A stretch of DNA of 64,000 bases from Epiperipatus broadwayi (taxonomy: Eukaryota; Animalia; Onychophora). The notes under the pieces are model-generated. The model was given only the letters and a program-made list of their open reading frames with translations. It was not told the DNA's origin and did not search any database. A program made the translations under genes and the position numbers. Positions within the stretch are counted from its first letter, which is position 1. Each line of letters begins with the position of its first letter. Where the stretch lies: assembly GCA_028023455.1 (NCBI GenBank), contig JAQFVV010000011.1, forward strand, positions 186,001 through 250,000. The letters run 5' to 3'. This document shows, piece by piece, positions 26,491-40,640 of this stretch.

Positions 26491-27950
26491 CTATATTAAT
26501 TCTTTTGATCATATACTTATTTTTAAAGAAATATTTATATTGTGAGAGAAATGTGCATTTATTTTGCCTTTATATTATTTTTCTATAGTGTAATAGTATT
26601 ATATACTTAACATGTACAAGTAATAACATCTAGGTTTGACAATATACAGTTGTGAAAAAAAAAGAGTTAGTTCAATTAGCAGTAATATTCATTTAATAAT
26701 GTGTGTTCAGTCTCTATACTATTACTGTAAGATGTTATCTCATATAGTCATAAATTTTTTGCAGTAACGCATCTGGCTCCATTAGATATTGTAAATCATT
26801 TTTGGAATTTAAGAGAGACCACATTAAATGGTATTATTTAATTTAAACATCTAATCAATGCTTGCTTTTTTTGGTGTTGGAATTTGTGTAACTTTCTTTT
26901 ATTTTGTTCTGCTTAGCTTCTTTTATCACATTATTTAAAATCAATGCTGTTTTCTTCTACTTTGCATGCACTAATAGTTTCTAAGATAATAGATAAACAA
27001 GTTTTAATTAAATTTGGAACAGATTTTTTACCTTCTCTATGATCATGTTTGTTTCCTTTTAAAGAATTTTCTTAACTTAATTTTTATCTTTGGATATATT
27101 TGTCTGACTGATAACAATACTGTAGCATGCAGAAATAGCCTATTTGTTATCAAAGTAGGATATTATTTCCTTAGTTTGACAAGTGAAGTAGAATTTTCAG
27201 TCATGATTTAATTATTTTACACTCTTTTTAATAATGATTTTATTTTGGATTTATTATTTTTTGTTATGTCAATTTCCTATATGAAATACTCTTTTTATAT
27301 GCAAGTTTTTAGCTTATATGCTAATGATTTTATTAATTTTGAGTAACATAAACTACTTACTCTGTTCCTCTGAAAATAAGACTTGATCTTATATTAATTT
27401 TTGCTCCAAAAGACACCTTAGGGCTTATTTTTAGGGATGGCTTATTTTTTCATGTACAAAAATCTATATTTGTTCACATACAAAAATATACATTTATTCT
27501 CAATTTTAAACCAACATCTCAAACATGTTTTTTCAGCAACGCCCTCTGTGAATATTAGAATTTTCAGTTAGCACTATGCTCTGGGATACAAAACTTGTCT
27601 TGTATATTCTGTTTAAATCTACCATTAAATCCAGTGTTAATTAAAGACTTATTGAAGATTTATGAGATAGGAGTAGTAACAAAAATTATTATAGTTAAGA
27701 ATGATTATCCATACCAAAGAAATCAAAAAATGCAAGCACAAAAAGTCAGAAAACATTTCTGTATTTTACACCACATTAAGTATGACTGTTACAACACATG
27801 GCATATTGAATTATGAAGATTCATATAAGACACAATCACATCCATCTGTTATCAAGAATACATATTGTAAATACTTTCAAATTACTTGTAATAGCCATGT
27901 TTGTGTATTCTTTTTTAAAACTTTTCTTTAGGAAAAGGATTAGTTTAACT

Positions 27951-28054
27951 TAGCCGAGAGGTCATCGCAGCCACCTTGCAAGCAAGTAGTTGGTTGCAGA
28001 CAGTTGTGGGTTCGCCTCCCGGGCGATACTATGACATATGAAAAAAAAAAAAAA
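27951..28054 (+). mobile_element. tRNA-derived short SINE, 5'-truncated
   Basis: Close match to 19446-19542, ending in TATGACATATG and poly(A). Confidence 0.85.
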
Positions 28055-28628
28055 CAACTAAACTTTAATTATTAAGATATCTTCTATTAGTTAAACCATT
28101 TAAGAAATAAAGTTGATTTTTCTTTTATCTTGAATATTTAAAATACACCACAATTAAATTTTAAAATTAAGCCAAGCATTCTAAATCTAAATATTACATA
28201 TAAATAAAATAAGTACCTAAAATGTCAAAAATGAAATTATAAATTATTCGATATATTGGCTTGTGGTAAATAAAATTTTAAAAGTTTGTAAAGTGAATAA
28301 ATTGGATATTTTAAGTCTAAGATTTGGCTGAGAGAAAATTGTTTGTCTTTGCATATAGATTATGTTTGTTGAAATCAATAATATTATTTATTTATACTTT
28401 TATTACTTTGTAACTCAATACATAATCATATGCTTCAACAAATAATAAAAAAATCCATTCATCTGGCTGATAATCTTAACTAAAACTACATTAGGGGTAG
28501 GGCTTATATTGCAAGCATCATGAAAGATCATACTGAGAGCTTCATTTTCTGGTTAGGTCTTATTTTTGGGAAAACACGATAAATGATTTTTTTTTATACA
28601 CTTAGTTTCATAAAAAAATTTATTCCAA

Positions 28629-28774
28629 CTCAATTGAGATTAAACAACTAATTAAAATAATAAATATTTTATTGAACTGGTTTTCATCTAATATTTTGAA
28701 AAAGATTCTAATATTGGATGAAGACCAGTTCAATAAAATATTTATTTTTAATTAGTTGTTTAATTTCAATTGAG
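28629..28774. repeat. Long hairpin (about 65-bp arms, short loop)
   Basis: CTCAATTGAGATTAAACAACTAATTAAAA...TTGAACTGGTTTTCATCTAATATT pairs with AATATTGGATGAAGACCAGTTCAA...TTTAATTAGTTGTTTAATTTCAATTGAG. Confidence 0.85.
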
Positions 28775-29039
28775 CTGAATAATTTTTAATACTTTGGAAA
28801 CAATATTATAGACAAATTTATTTATTAATATGTTTGATCATTATCAAAGACTTGTTTCATGTTTATAGATATATGTTATATTTTTATATACCAACTAAAT
28901 TCATTTTCAATTCTCAAGTATTCATCTCTTGCTAAGTAATCATTCAGTAGGTATTGAGAGGCATATGTTGAAACTTGGGGAAGCCACTGTGTCTCTACTT
29001 AAAGGAGAAGTCACAGTGCATCACATCACATACTGGGTT

Positions 29040-29232
29040 TGGGAACAAGTAAGGGGATTTAGCTATAAAAGCCACGGAGTTGACAAAGATTATGTTGTGG
29101 AAATGGGATGGAGCAGGATATGGGGAAACTTAGGGTGGAGAATAGAAAGGGAAGGTAAAGTGTCTAACAGATTTCTCTGGACATAGTTGCTGAGAAATTC
29201 CTGATTCCATATAACAAGAAGTCAGTGCATCA
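29040..29232 (+). repeat. Unclassified dispersed repeat with purine-rich body and CATCA-type end
   Basis: GGAGTTGACAAAGATTATGTTGTGGAAATGGGATGGAGCAGGATA and downstream sequence are shared with 34880-35105; the distal part is shared with 57950-58072 and 59985-60048. Confidence 0.7.
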
Positions 29233-29308
29233 CATACCAGGCAATAAACATCACATGACCATCTCCTATTATGCTTGTGTATAACTGTTGTTAAAACAGG
29301 CAAAACTC
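29233..29308 (-). mobile_element. Solo 3' tail of family A element
   Basis: GCAATAAACATCACATGACC...GTATAACTGTTGTTAAAACAGGCAAAACTC matches 12375-12444. Confidence 0.75.
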
Positions 29309-30113
29309 AATAAATGGAATAAATAGTGGGAATGTACTTTTTTTTTGTTTCCATATAAAAATAAAAAAATATGTTGTATAAACAAATAAACAAGAAGAGA
29401 AAAATACAAATTTAGTCATACAAATTAATTAAACAAATAAACAAGAAGAAAAAATATGAAATTAAAAAAAAAAATTAAGTAATTTTTTTTTTTTTTTTAA
29501 AAAAAAAGCTAATAGTGTAGTGTTAAGATATTATGATGTTAAGGGTTAGCATTTTATTTTTTGATTTATCACCACTTTGTACAATTGATATTTTTTAAAG
29601 CTATTATTTATTAAAATTATTTAGTTCGTTGAGAACAACTGTAATATTGTTTTGAAAAAAAAAAACACACACACACAAAGTGATTATTTTAACTTTGTTT
29701 GCAAAAAAAAAAAAAAAAAAAACTACCTCTAATTTCCATAACTTATTTTCCTTTAGTTGTCTTATAGTCAAGAAAAATCCATTTGTCATTTTCAGCATCA
29801 CCTGTCCAATACATAATTGTTTTGACTGAAACACAGAAAATTATTAAATTTATTGTTTCTTTTGGTTTTATTTCTTCCCTTCTATAATCTCTCAAACTCC
29901 ACAAATCAGTTTATGATACTTATCACCGATGCACATGTGAAAAATGTACCATATACTTGACCTGAAAGTGATACTAAATCCTTAAAAAAAAATTTGTACA
30001 AACTAACAAAATCTAGATTGATACAGTGGTGATAAATCGAAAAATAAAATGTTAGCTCTCAATATTGTAGGATTTCAACCTACTCTACCCTTTTATTATT
30101 TTAAAAAAAATTA

Positions 30114-30608
30114 TGGTGCCAATTTAGTTTGTGCTCATGACTATTTTGAAATTTAAAGACCAGCCCAAATCACAGCTGATACACTCAACCGATAAATGAT
30201 ATAAATATTGAATAAAAGTACTTTAACTTCATATTTTATAAATTATAAGTTAGTAAAAATAATATGCTTCATTTCATATGGACATACAGTATAATCTTTT
30301 AGTATTTGAAAATTATAAGCTTGGTTTGATCAGACTTCTGCATATTTTGGATGATACTTTGTATCGGTCAAACCATCATTCCCTGCATATTACGGCGCTT
30401 TGTGCTATCGTATTTCAAATATTTTATGCAGGTAATTTAAAAAAAAAAATCCCCGATAAAATAAAGCATATTATTTTTATTAGTTTATAATTTATAAAAC
30501 ATGAATTTAAAGTACTTTTATTCAATATTTATGTCATTTATCAGTTGGATGTGTCCGGGTGATTTTTAGATTTCGAAATGGCCGTGAGCGCAAACTAAAT
30601 CAGGACCA
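30114..30608. mobile_element. MITE/foldback element with about 150-bp terminal inverted repeats
   Basis: 30114-30270 is inverted with 30465-30608 (TGGTGCCAATTTAGTTTGTGCTCA / TGAGCGCAAACTAAATCAGGACCA). Confidence 0.8.
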
Positions 30609-32964
30609 AAATTGGGTGTACTTTATGCAATTCATTTTGTATTTTTTCTTCATTATTTATTTAATTATTTTGTACAATGAAATTCTTTTTTTTTCTTCTT
30701 ATTTCTAATCTTTACTTTAAAAAATAAAATAAAAAATGTACTAGTAAATTCATATTTGTACCACTAATTCTTATTTTTGTTCTTATTATTTATTTGTTTA
30801 ATTAAATTTCTAAAATTTCAGCTGGCTCAATTGTAGTGTCATTATTGAAAAAGTATACATATTTTATTTTTATTTTGTTTATATAAAAAACATTATTTTC
30901 ATTTGTAAACAAAAAACAACAACAACCTAGTACTCCCATTTTCTGTTCCGTTTATCATTTGGCATTTTCAGTAATGGTATAGTGACTCTCTGAAGTATCA
31001 ACAATGCCTATTAAAAGTATTACTTCTGGTTAAATACAATATAATTGCCTCTGAATATATTTTCATGAAATAGTTATTTTAAGTATTTACATTATTAAAT
31101 ATGTAATAATTTACTAAGGCTGTAACCTTAGAAATAAGCGTCTGAAAAATACGAAGGTAGGGACCTCTATAGGTCTTAATATGCAATTTTTTATCCACGT
31201 ATCTTTCAATTTTTTGTTTGAACTCTTATATTGCTCATCAAAAAAAGCTCATTAATTGGGTGAAATATTTTTATATAGTTATCACATACTCTGATTGATC
31301 ATTCTATTGCATATGAAAGTCATCACCTATTCAATATTAATATATTTAATAGTTATAATTACATTAATAAAATATCAATTTTAAGTATAAAGATTTTATT
31401 ATGCATTATGATTTTATCATGACTTCAAGAAGAAGAGAAATGTGATCTGTTTGATAATCTTCAGTTAAATTGCTTTGCTACTAGAGCTGGCTTATAGCTT
31501 ATAAACTGATTAGATCTGTTATCAATTGGCCTCCATTCCTAAAAGTACCATGCACAGCTCAGGGAAAAGTTTTTCAGAGTTGCAAGTTCTTCTCTATTAA
31601 GCAAAGGTAATTAAATTATTTGCACATATGCCCACTAAATATTATTTGTCAATCTACTTTGCTTAGAAATGAAAACCAATAATAAAAATAACTCTGTTAA
31701 ATTTTGTTGCATTCTTATTTCTTGCTTACTTTCATATTTCTATTTTTAAAATTGAATATTTGCAAAACAGTATTGGCTGCCAAATAGAAAAGTAGTATCT
31801 TTGTGTTGAATACCATATTAATTGTTTTTTATATGCGTGTGTGTATGAAAAAAATAATATTGTTTCTGTTCTATAATTATAATTTTGGTAATTGTAGATT
31901 CATAATATTACATTTAAATATTTTTTGCAAATGAAATAAAACTTCAATTGCAATTTATCAAAACTTACCAAACTATTTTTTTAATAATCTCCATACTTCC
32001 TCTTTCTTTTTTACTCTTTATATAAATGAAGATACAATAAAATACTTTTTTTTTTTATTGAAAAATAATTTATTTCCTATTGAACACGTTCTGCATCTGC
32101 AATTTAGTTTATTTTTGGTTTACAATGAAATAATATATATATACAGATTTAGGGTGAAAAAATAGTTTGAAATGAATTTATAAATAAGTCCATACTTTAT
32201 TAAATATAATATTAAATTTTTTTTTTATTAAACTATGTATATAAAAATAGATGACTATCAATCAGGAATTTGGGAAGAGGATGATATGGATTGAAATGCG
32301 CTTCTCACCGTCTTTGTACTTCAGAGAAATAAAAAATCTTATCTTATGAGACCAGGAAATTTATTTAACTTTTACAATTATTGATACAAGAGACAGATCT
32401 AATCTTTTCCCCCATTTGACTGAATACTAAGATATGTGGGTTTCAAAGGAAGTGATTAGTTGATGTTACAATAATTAGCAGAAAGGAATGATAAATGCTA
32501 AATAATTAGTCAAATAAGAAACTTCAAGTTATTGGTTATATTAGATTTCTAGCACTTTTAAATGAATTTTGTAAAAAACTTTAGAAAATTATGATAGATG
32601 TTGCTACAGAACCTTTTTTTATTCTAAAAGTTTTATAATTAAAGATATTCAGAACACCTTAATTGATCCCAACGAACTTGTCAAAGACATAGATGTGGAG
32701 CCTGTATTTAAGTTTTGTTTATTTTTTAATTCTGCAGATGAATCTTTGCCAGATCTAAAAATAATTGTCAAAGTGCAATATTTTGATCACATGGTAGGTA
32801 AAATATTGAATCATGATTTGAACAGCTAAAAAGATCAACATTTATTTGAATTTTTGTGCAATTTCAGAATCTGCCCAGTCATCATAAGAAAATGTACAGA
32901 AAATCTGGAAGTGGCAGTAGCAGATATTTGGCTAGCAAAAAAAACAAAAACAAATTAAAATCAC

Positions 32965-34383
32965 AAAACTGTTGGTGCTGATCTAGAGTGGTAATCATGG
33001 CCATTTTGAGTTCTAAGGATGACCCAACCCTACTGCTGATACATCCAAGTGATAAATGACACTGAATAATTCATATGTGGTCACATTATGACCCTTTTTT
33101 ACATCAATAATTAAAAAATTAAAGTGCAAATTTCATAAAATTATATTAGATCAAATCACATGACCAAAATATAAAAAATGGGAAGAATGAATAAATTTCA
33201 AAATACTACAAGTTTATAATTTCTAAAATATGAATTTAAAATACTTAAACAAAAAAAGTAAAGGAAAAAAAATAATGGATACATATATGAATTAAAAAAC
33301 CATATTTTCAATAAATGTGAAATTGATCAAACCAAGCTTATAATATTGAAGTATAAAATCTTATAACTTTTAAAATATGATTTTATTACAATATAAGCCT
33401 ATAATCACATGTTGAAATAATGAAAATGTTGAATAAACACAGAAACAACTGCTGAAGCATATTAATTCTATAATTAATAATAAATCACACTTTATCTTAA
33501 TATTAGTCGAAAAAATATTTGTCTAAAATAAAAAATATTAATTTTACAATCTATAAAATATTAATAAATCTGATTTTTATCTTACCAAAGTGAGTACTGT
33601 TGTGTGCTTCATTTCTCACATGTCATAAGGACCTCACATGATCAGTGTAGATCCGATATCCACATCAGGAGAACATATGTAAACAATGCTATTTTTTCTT
33701 ATCTCCATTTTTGTCTAACTACATGGAACAAAGGAAGCATGCTACATCAGAGTTTCTTTCTAGTAAGAAAACATTTGATTAATTGTAAAATTAATATGCT
33801 TTATTTCATATGGTTATGGGCATATATTGTAATAAAATTTGTATTTTAGAACTTATAAATTTTTAGTTTTTCAAGATTATAAGCTTGTATAATCAATTTT
33901 ATGTTATTTCAACATATGCTTATGAGCACATATTATAATAAAATTTATATTTTAGAAATTATAAGCTTTTAGTATTTAGATCGTGCTTACCACCATTTTG
34001 TATAATAAAATTCATATTTCAGAAGTTATAAGCTTTTAGTATTCCAAAATTATAAGCTTGGCTTGATTAGACTTCTGCATTTTTTGGATGATACTTCATA
34101 TTATCAAAAACATCCTTTTCCCTCCCTGCATACTTCAGTGTTTTGTGCCATCATTATTGTAATAAAATTTGTATTTTAGAAGTTATAAGCTTTTAGGATT
34201 TAGGATGCACTTACTGCTATTTTGAATTCTAAGGACCACCCAATATTACCACTGACACATCCAAGTGATTCCATATGAATTATTTGATGTCATTTATTGT
34301 TTGGATGTGTCAGTAGTAAGTTTGGGCAGTCCTTAGAATTCAAAATGACAGTGAGTGCTCTGTAAATCAGCACCAAACTGTTT
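32965..34383. mobile_element. Larger foldback element of the same TIR family
   Basis: About 110-bp TIRs beginning TGGTGCTGAT, related to 30114-30608. It contains internal tandem AAATTATAAGCTT subrepeats and an extra TIR copy at about 34205-34290. Confidence 0.7.
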
Positions 34384-34879
34384 GTTGCATATTATGCTTT
34401 GTGGAAAATAGTTAAGCAATGACTCAAAACCCATAAAAATGCATGAATTTCTTATGTGCAAGAAGAATTTATATTTTCAAATTTACTGATTGGCTTTGAG
34501 ATTTTCTTGACAGTCCCATTAACTGCATCCCCAGGAGAAATACATTTTTCAAAGATGAAACTGATCAAAATTTAAAATTTTCAATTCAACAAGATCATTT
34601 GAATAATATAGCAATTACATGCACAGAATCTGAAATTAACAGAATGTTAAACCCAAGAGAAAAATCCTAAAAAAAAATTGCAAAGAAAAAAGCAAGAATA
34701 AGTTTTTTCTATTAAAAAAAGAAGAAAAAAGGCATATCGCTTATAGTTTGGGAATTTATAAAAAGTTTGAGCACCAGATGTCAGCACCACAATTTAATTG
34801 AATGTAATTGCCTGAAAACAGAAAAGGTACAAATAATGAAGTTGTGAAAGAATAAATATGAACAAAGTGATTATACAGA

Positions 34880-35105
34880 AAGTAGATTCTTGGTTTTTAT
34901 GCTGGGTTTGGGAAAAGATAAGGGGATGGAGTTGACAAAGATTATGTTGTGGAAATGGGATGGAGCAGGATAGAAAAGAATATGGGGAAACTTGGGGTGG
35001 GGAATGGAAAGGGAAGTCAAAGTGGCTAACAGGTTTCTCTGGGCATAGTTGCTGAGAGATTCCTGATTCCGTATAAGAAATCACAATGTATCATATCACA
35101 TATCA
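34880..35105 (+). repeat. Unclassified dispersed repeat (second copy)
   Basis: Colinear with 29040-29232; ends ATCATATCACATATCATC. Confidence 0.7.
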
Positions 35106-35919
35106 TCTTACAATTCCAAGTTGAACACACTAGCAATTGTGTCAAAATACTTGATAATTTTTTTCTATAATAGAATAACAATATGGCATTCATGATTTTT
35201 AGAATCTAAACTATATATTGTAACATTTTTCACATTTTGCTAGATTCTGGTAGGCCTTCTTTTGCACGCTATGAAGTGAAAGTTAATCAAGCTATGGAGA
35301 AAGAAATATCTCATTTCTATTTCTAAAACATAGCTATATTTTCTGATTAACTGGCCTACTAATTATTGCGACCAGAATTGCTGACAAAGTTAGTTTTAAT
35401 TTATAAGAGAGCATCATAGTCAATAGACTCCTAACTTCCTTGTATCCCATAATTTTGATGCAAGTAACTAAAAAAATCGGGATTATAATTTCCTGTAACT
35501 TTATTTATTTTTTTAAAGAATATTATTCCTGGAGCTTAGTCAATAACTATTAAATAGAATGGCAACAGTAATTTCTTTAATTAAATATTAATTAACTAAC
35601 ATTTACAACATCTAATATTCAAATTAAGAACATACAAAGAGAATGCTAAATTAATACTAAATATTTTATAATTAAGTATTTATTTATTTTATTAAAATCT
35701 ATTTAAAATATTTATGCAAGAATTAGTAAAAAAAAAATTGGAAAAGAAAAACATACACTAATCCAAATATTATTAATCAGATGAAAGTTCTTGTACCATT
35801 TAAATTCTGGCTAGTTCCTTTAAACATTGAAAATTAGTCACTATCGGTATGATCATTCATGGTTAACGTTAATTGGCCAATAATTAAAATCACAAATTGG
35901 AAGCATAATCTTAACTTAC

Positions 35920-36011
35920 CAGTAAGCTTATATCAGTTCTTATAATATACTTGTCTTTCTTTGGGATCCCATGTTCCTTGACATTTAATATGGAAATATG
36001 GTTATATAAAA
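35920..36011 (-). CDS. Possible small coding exon of an unidentified gene
   Basis: 92-nt open segment (LYNHISILNVKEHGIPKKDKYIIRTDISLL) bounded by TTTAG and GTAAGT on the minus strand. No recognisable protein family. Confidence 0.3.
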
Positions 36012-39000
36012 CTAAATATTTTGAATGTTAAAACATTCACATTACAAACAGTAATTCACTATTTTTAATTTATTATAGATACATCTGCAGTAAACATAAG
36101 TAATCATTGGATCCATGATATAGTGTTTATAATAAATTTCCTAGATTAATTTCTGATTATTTGCTTTCATCAATGAAAAATATTAACTTTGTACTTACAT
36201 ATTGAACAATAACCATTATCCTTTTTTAATACTTTTCAAGCTAATAAATAGACTTAGATTGTGTTAATCTCAGATTATATATTGTAAAAAAAATAAAGGG
36301 TGGATTTTGGATGTATTTGTCATTAATAATAGCCAAAAATTAGTCTGAGAATTTGGACATAGCGCTACCATGTAATGTCAATTGATTATTCAAACTTACA
36401 ATAGATGGCTTTAGTCTAATGTGAATAATGTATTATTAATATGGATAGTGTAAATAAGTAGAAAGTCATGTGATGCTTTATTAAGTATAATGTTTGGGTA
36501 CTGAATGTACTTAAAAAAGATATATTATACTTTAATTTCAAAAATTTAATGGCAGGAAAGTAAACAATTACTTAAAATTAGTTAATTTCTAATATGTAAT
36601 ATCTTATAACATTATTTTAAACTTATTCATAGTTGTTTGCAAAATTATTTTATTTAATGAGACATTACAATAAAAATTAGAAAAATGAAGTTAAATGAAT
36701 AGTCGCCTGATCTAAACAAGTATCATTTCTCATAATAAGAGAATCTTTGACCATCATTGTTGTGTCAATACCATCAAAATAATAAATAATTTTTAACATA
36801 ATTATATATATATATCTTTGGTTACAATGATTTTATTATGATCATTATCATGGCTGATGGGCATAAACAGATTACATTTACATATTAAATGTTCACTTTT
36901 TAAATTAATACTTTTGAAGTTAAAAGTCAATCTAATCTCATATCATTGATTTATCTATTTTATTTTTCGGTATTTCGCTATAAACTCATAAAAAAATAAA
37001 CCCCTTTTTTGTTTTTTTTTTGTTATAACTTACAAAAAAGGCTTGAAATAAATGTAGAGCAAATTACAGTTAAAACAGATTTTGAAAGTAAGAGAAAAGT
37101 TTGTCTTATTTTTAATGTTAAACATTTTATAGCATTCACTATGATTTTTAAGATTTACCTCCAACAGAATAAGCTTATTTAGTATTTATTTTAATTTTAA
37201 TAATTGAATGAGAGAAAGAAAAAAAAAGAATTAGCATATGCAAATTTTTCATTGATGAAGGTCAATAACCAAAAATTAGAGCTTGATTTGGATGCAAGTC
37301 AAGTAATTATTAAAACTTATGATATCTGATTCTGGAATAATTATTGTCCATTGTGAACTTAAAAAAAAAAAAAAGAAGAAATTAAGTACTGAATGAATAA
37401 TGTTTATCTTGTTGCTTCCAAAAATTTACTGCAATATAGAGAAATGTTACAAAATAAAATATTTAGTTACAGAGTTGTACAATACAGTAAGTTGACAAAA
37501 ACATTGTATCTCTAGGAAAGATTTTTTTTTGCACGTTTGATTATTAACATTAAAACTAAAGAAACTAACCATTTGCTTCTGAACACATTTAATTACCTCA
37601 ATGAGATAATTTAATGCACTTGAAATAGACAGAAAAATAGCGTCAGGTTATCATAGTTTATAATTCACGTTCATTTCAAATGTTACATTTTTAATTAAGT
37701 AGTAAATTTAAAATGAGGGGGTAAAAAATTCATTTTTGAAATCCGAAAAATGTAAAAATTCGAAAAAGCCCGGGAACCAGGAATTACGGATTAAATGCAT
37801 TTTACCATTAGTTGGACTCACATTTTAATTAAACTGAAAATGTGTAAAAGGAATAAAAATAACACATTACATAAATATATGTAAAATTATGTTGCATAAC
37901 ATGTACGCAAGCATAAGACATTAATTATCGAATGGGTGACACTCTAAAATAAAAGTAGTCATTTAATAACTGACAGCCTGATAAAAATCTTTCTAACAGT
38001 CCTTCAAAAAGATACAATGCAGTCAGAAGGCATTACTTGCTAACTAATCAACTTACGGGTGGTCAAATTTTAATGTTTCTTCATCTTTGTTTCATTCCCT
38101 AAACTAAATAGCTAAATATTCATTTGTTGATTGGGGGTGCAAAAATAGGTATACAGTTGTAAGAGTTATATAGAGTTCTTTATTATTTATTATATATATT
38201 TTTTGTTAATATTTTATGTCTTTTATTGTTTTGCATTTTTTTTTTATTATTGTGACAATGAAATAAAATAAAATTTTAAAAATATTGTTTTGTTTTTTTT
38301 TCATAATAAAAACTGTACAACTTTGCATCCCCACCACCACCTCGTATATACTGTTTACTTGTAAATTTTCGGACATAGTAAAATTATTCCTACTAAATTG
38401 TAAGGATAAAAAAACTACAATATTTGTGATTACCAAATTCATAATTTGTTCACATATATTGATTTTCCTAGTTTTTCTATTCTACAGATCATATTTTTTG
38501 CTTTCGCACTTTATATATAGACGAACTAAATTATATAAAATTCACAGACATTTTGGGATATATTTTTTTAAATGTATTTTTTTTTAAATCTACTTTCCAA
38601 TTTAAAAATTATTTTTTATTTTTTAAATTAGACATTGGACTTGCGCATTCATGTTTGTTTTCGAAGATTTTTAAACATTGCAGTCCTTTTTAATTTTTTT
38701 TCCAAATGTCACTAAAACTACTTTTAATTTTTAATTATTTTACAATTCATAAGATAAGATTTTTGTATTCGTCACTTTCATATTTATATAAATAGATGTC
38801 GTCAAGTAAAGTCTCTTTTTTTTTTGTTTGCTTACTTTCTTTTCTTTATAGATTTTCACCTGTTTCAAAAGCAACAAAGAATGTTGAAAATCATTGTCAT
38901 TTTTCATGACTTTAGAATTTGCGCTCTTTGTACGCTTTTTTTTTCATACTAAGTAATAAATTTCAATATATTATCCTACATATATTATTGTTCAATTTAG

Positions 39001-39643
39001 AATAAATTAGATAATTAAAAAAAAATCGTGATCTGTAAAAATTGTAATAAAAGAATCAGCATCCTTGCTTAAGGGTAGTTTAGTCCCTTGAGATAAAGAC
39101 AAAAACAGGTGCCCGCAAATATTTTCTGAATTTCTAGGTTGATAAAAGTAACTTCTTTTTCTCGCTTGAATTAAAATCAAACTGTCGGCACGCGTAAGCA
39201 GCAGTTCATTTAAACATGTTAAGCTTCAGAGCGGATCTTACAGGGGGAAATAAAAAAGGAAACTTTTAACTAGGCTTGAAAATTAAAACAAGTTATTTTT
39301 TAATATTCATTTTTTTAAAAAACTTAATATATATTATGATATTAATACTTATTTTGCATTAAAATATATGAATGCCCTTCCCCCTATAACTTTAGGCAAA
39401 GATAAACTGCGGTATTATTTCTCTTACAATGTAAGCACATTCTTAATGAGAAAACTTTACTTTGTCTTAAATCCAATGACAAACAATAACTAAAATAATA
39501 CATAATGAGAAATTATTTCTATTGAATTATGAAAAAAAAAAACACCATTTTACGAGAATATTTATGATTGCAATCTACCTTTGCTGTAACTAATCAATAT
39601 CATATAATTAAAAAGGTTAAAAGAAATATTAAGAAAATGAATA

Positions 39644-40000
39644 AACAGACAAAACTCCATACAGTAGGTCCACTCAGTACTAACTAGAATGCATGCCAGA
39701 AGGCTTGTGCATAAAATCCCTATCTGGTGCCTACTCATCCAATATCCCCAGACTAGTTTCTGCCTTGTGGTCTTCGTCAGTGAGAAGCTTTGGATCTGAG
39801 AGCACTGCACATAGATCTTAGATCTTAGCCAGAAACTAGTCTGGCGATATTGGATTAGTAGGCACTAGATGAGGATTTTATGCACAAACCTTCTGGCATC
39901 CACTGATTACTCTAGTTGGCACTACTGAATGGAGAGTTTTGCCTGTTTTAATAGCAGATATATGCTAGATAAGAAATGGTGATCATGTGATATTTAGTGG
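39644..40000 (+). mobile_element. Family A element, tail-out inverted pair
   Basis: About 39644-39760 is inverted with about 39828-39940. The right arm carries the full 3' tail, matching 12375-12743. Confidence 0.9.
39737..39795 (-). ncRNA. Type I hammerhead ribozyme motif (family A), core boxes intact
   Basis: ATCCAA AGC TTCTCA CTGACGA A GAC CACAA GGC A GAAA CTAG TC TGGGGA TA TTGGAT. GUC cleavage triplet, palindromic ACTAGT stem III, one mismatch in stem II. Confidence 0.75.
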
Positions 40001-40199
40001 TTTAAAATGAATAAATGTTTACATATTATTTAAACATTTATTCAGCAATTTAAGATTTATTTAAAGATATATATTATTAAACAAATTATCTTTTTCCATA
40101 TATACTATAGGTGTGGGTGTTTGTTTTAAAGGAATATTTAAATACAATAACAAATAAATGAAAGAATAGGATAAAAAAATTAAGGGAGAATTTATACCA

Positions 40200-40640
40200 C
40201 CCTAGAAGACCATCTAAGATATTTAAATACCCGTTTGTTTCCAAAATTTAAGGATATATTTAAATAAAACGCAATATAAAGGCATTTGAAAAGTTTCATT
40301 TACGAATACTTCCTAAAATTTTAAAAATACAATGGCGAGCTCTTTAAACTAATCAGCATGTTCTTCAACTTGTTTGATATGATATTATTAAATCTACTAT
40401 TGCAAAATCACATCTTCATTGGAGAGAATATGTAAAACGAATGAACACTGCAAGATATTATAAAAGAGTGTTTATGATGAACTTGATCAGTTTTTATGGG
40501 AGAGATAGACCGCGTCTACATTATAAGGATTATCTCTAAGACATTTTAAAGAAATACGATATTGATTGTTTCTATCGGAAGATAAGACAGATAACAGAAT
40601 ATATTGGAAAGCTACAAAGATATGATATTAAATAAGTATT
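40200..40640 (+). mobile_element. Decayed RTE/BovB-like LINE 3' fragment (third lineage)
   Basis: IKAFEKFHLRILPKILKIQWRAL*TNQHVL and LHWREYVKRMNTARYYKRV...GRDRPRLHYKDYL*DILKKYDID match the RTE/BovB C-terminus. Confidence 0.75.
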
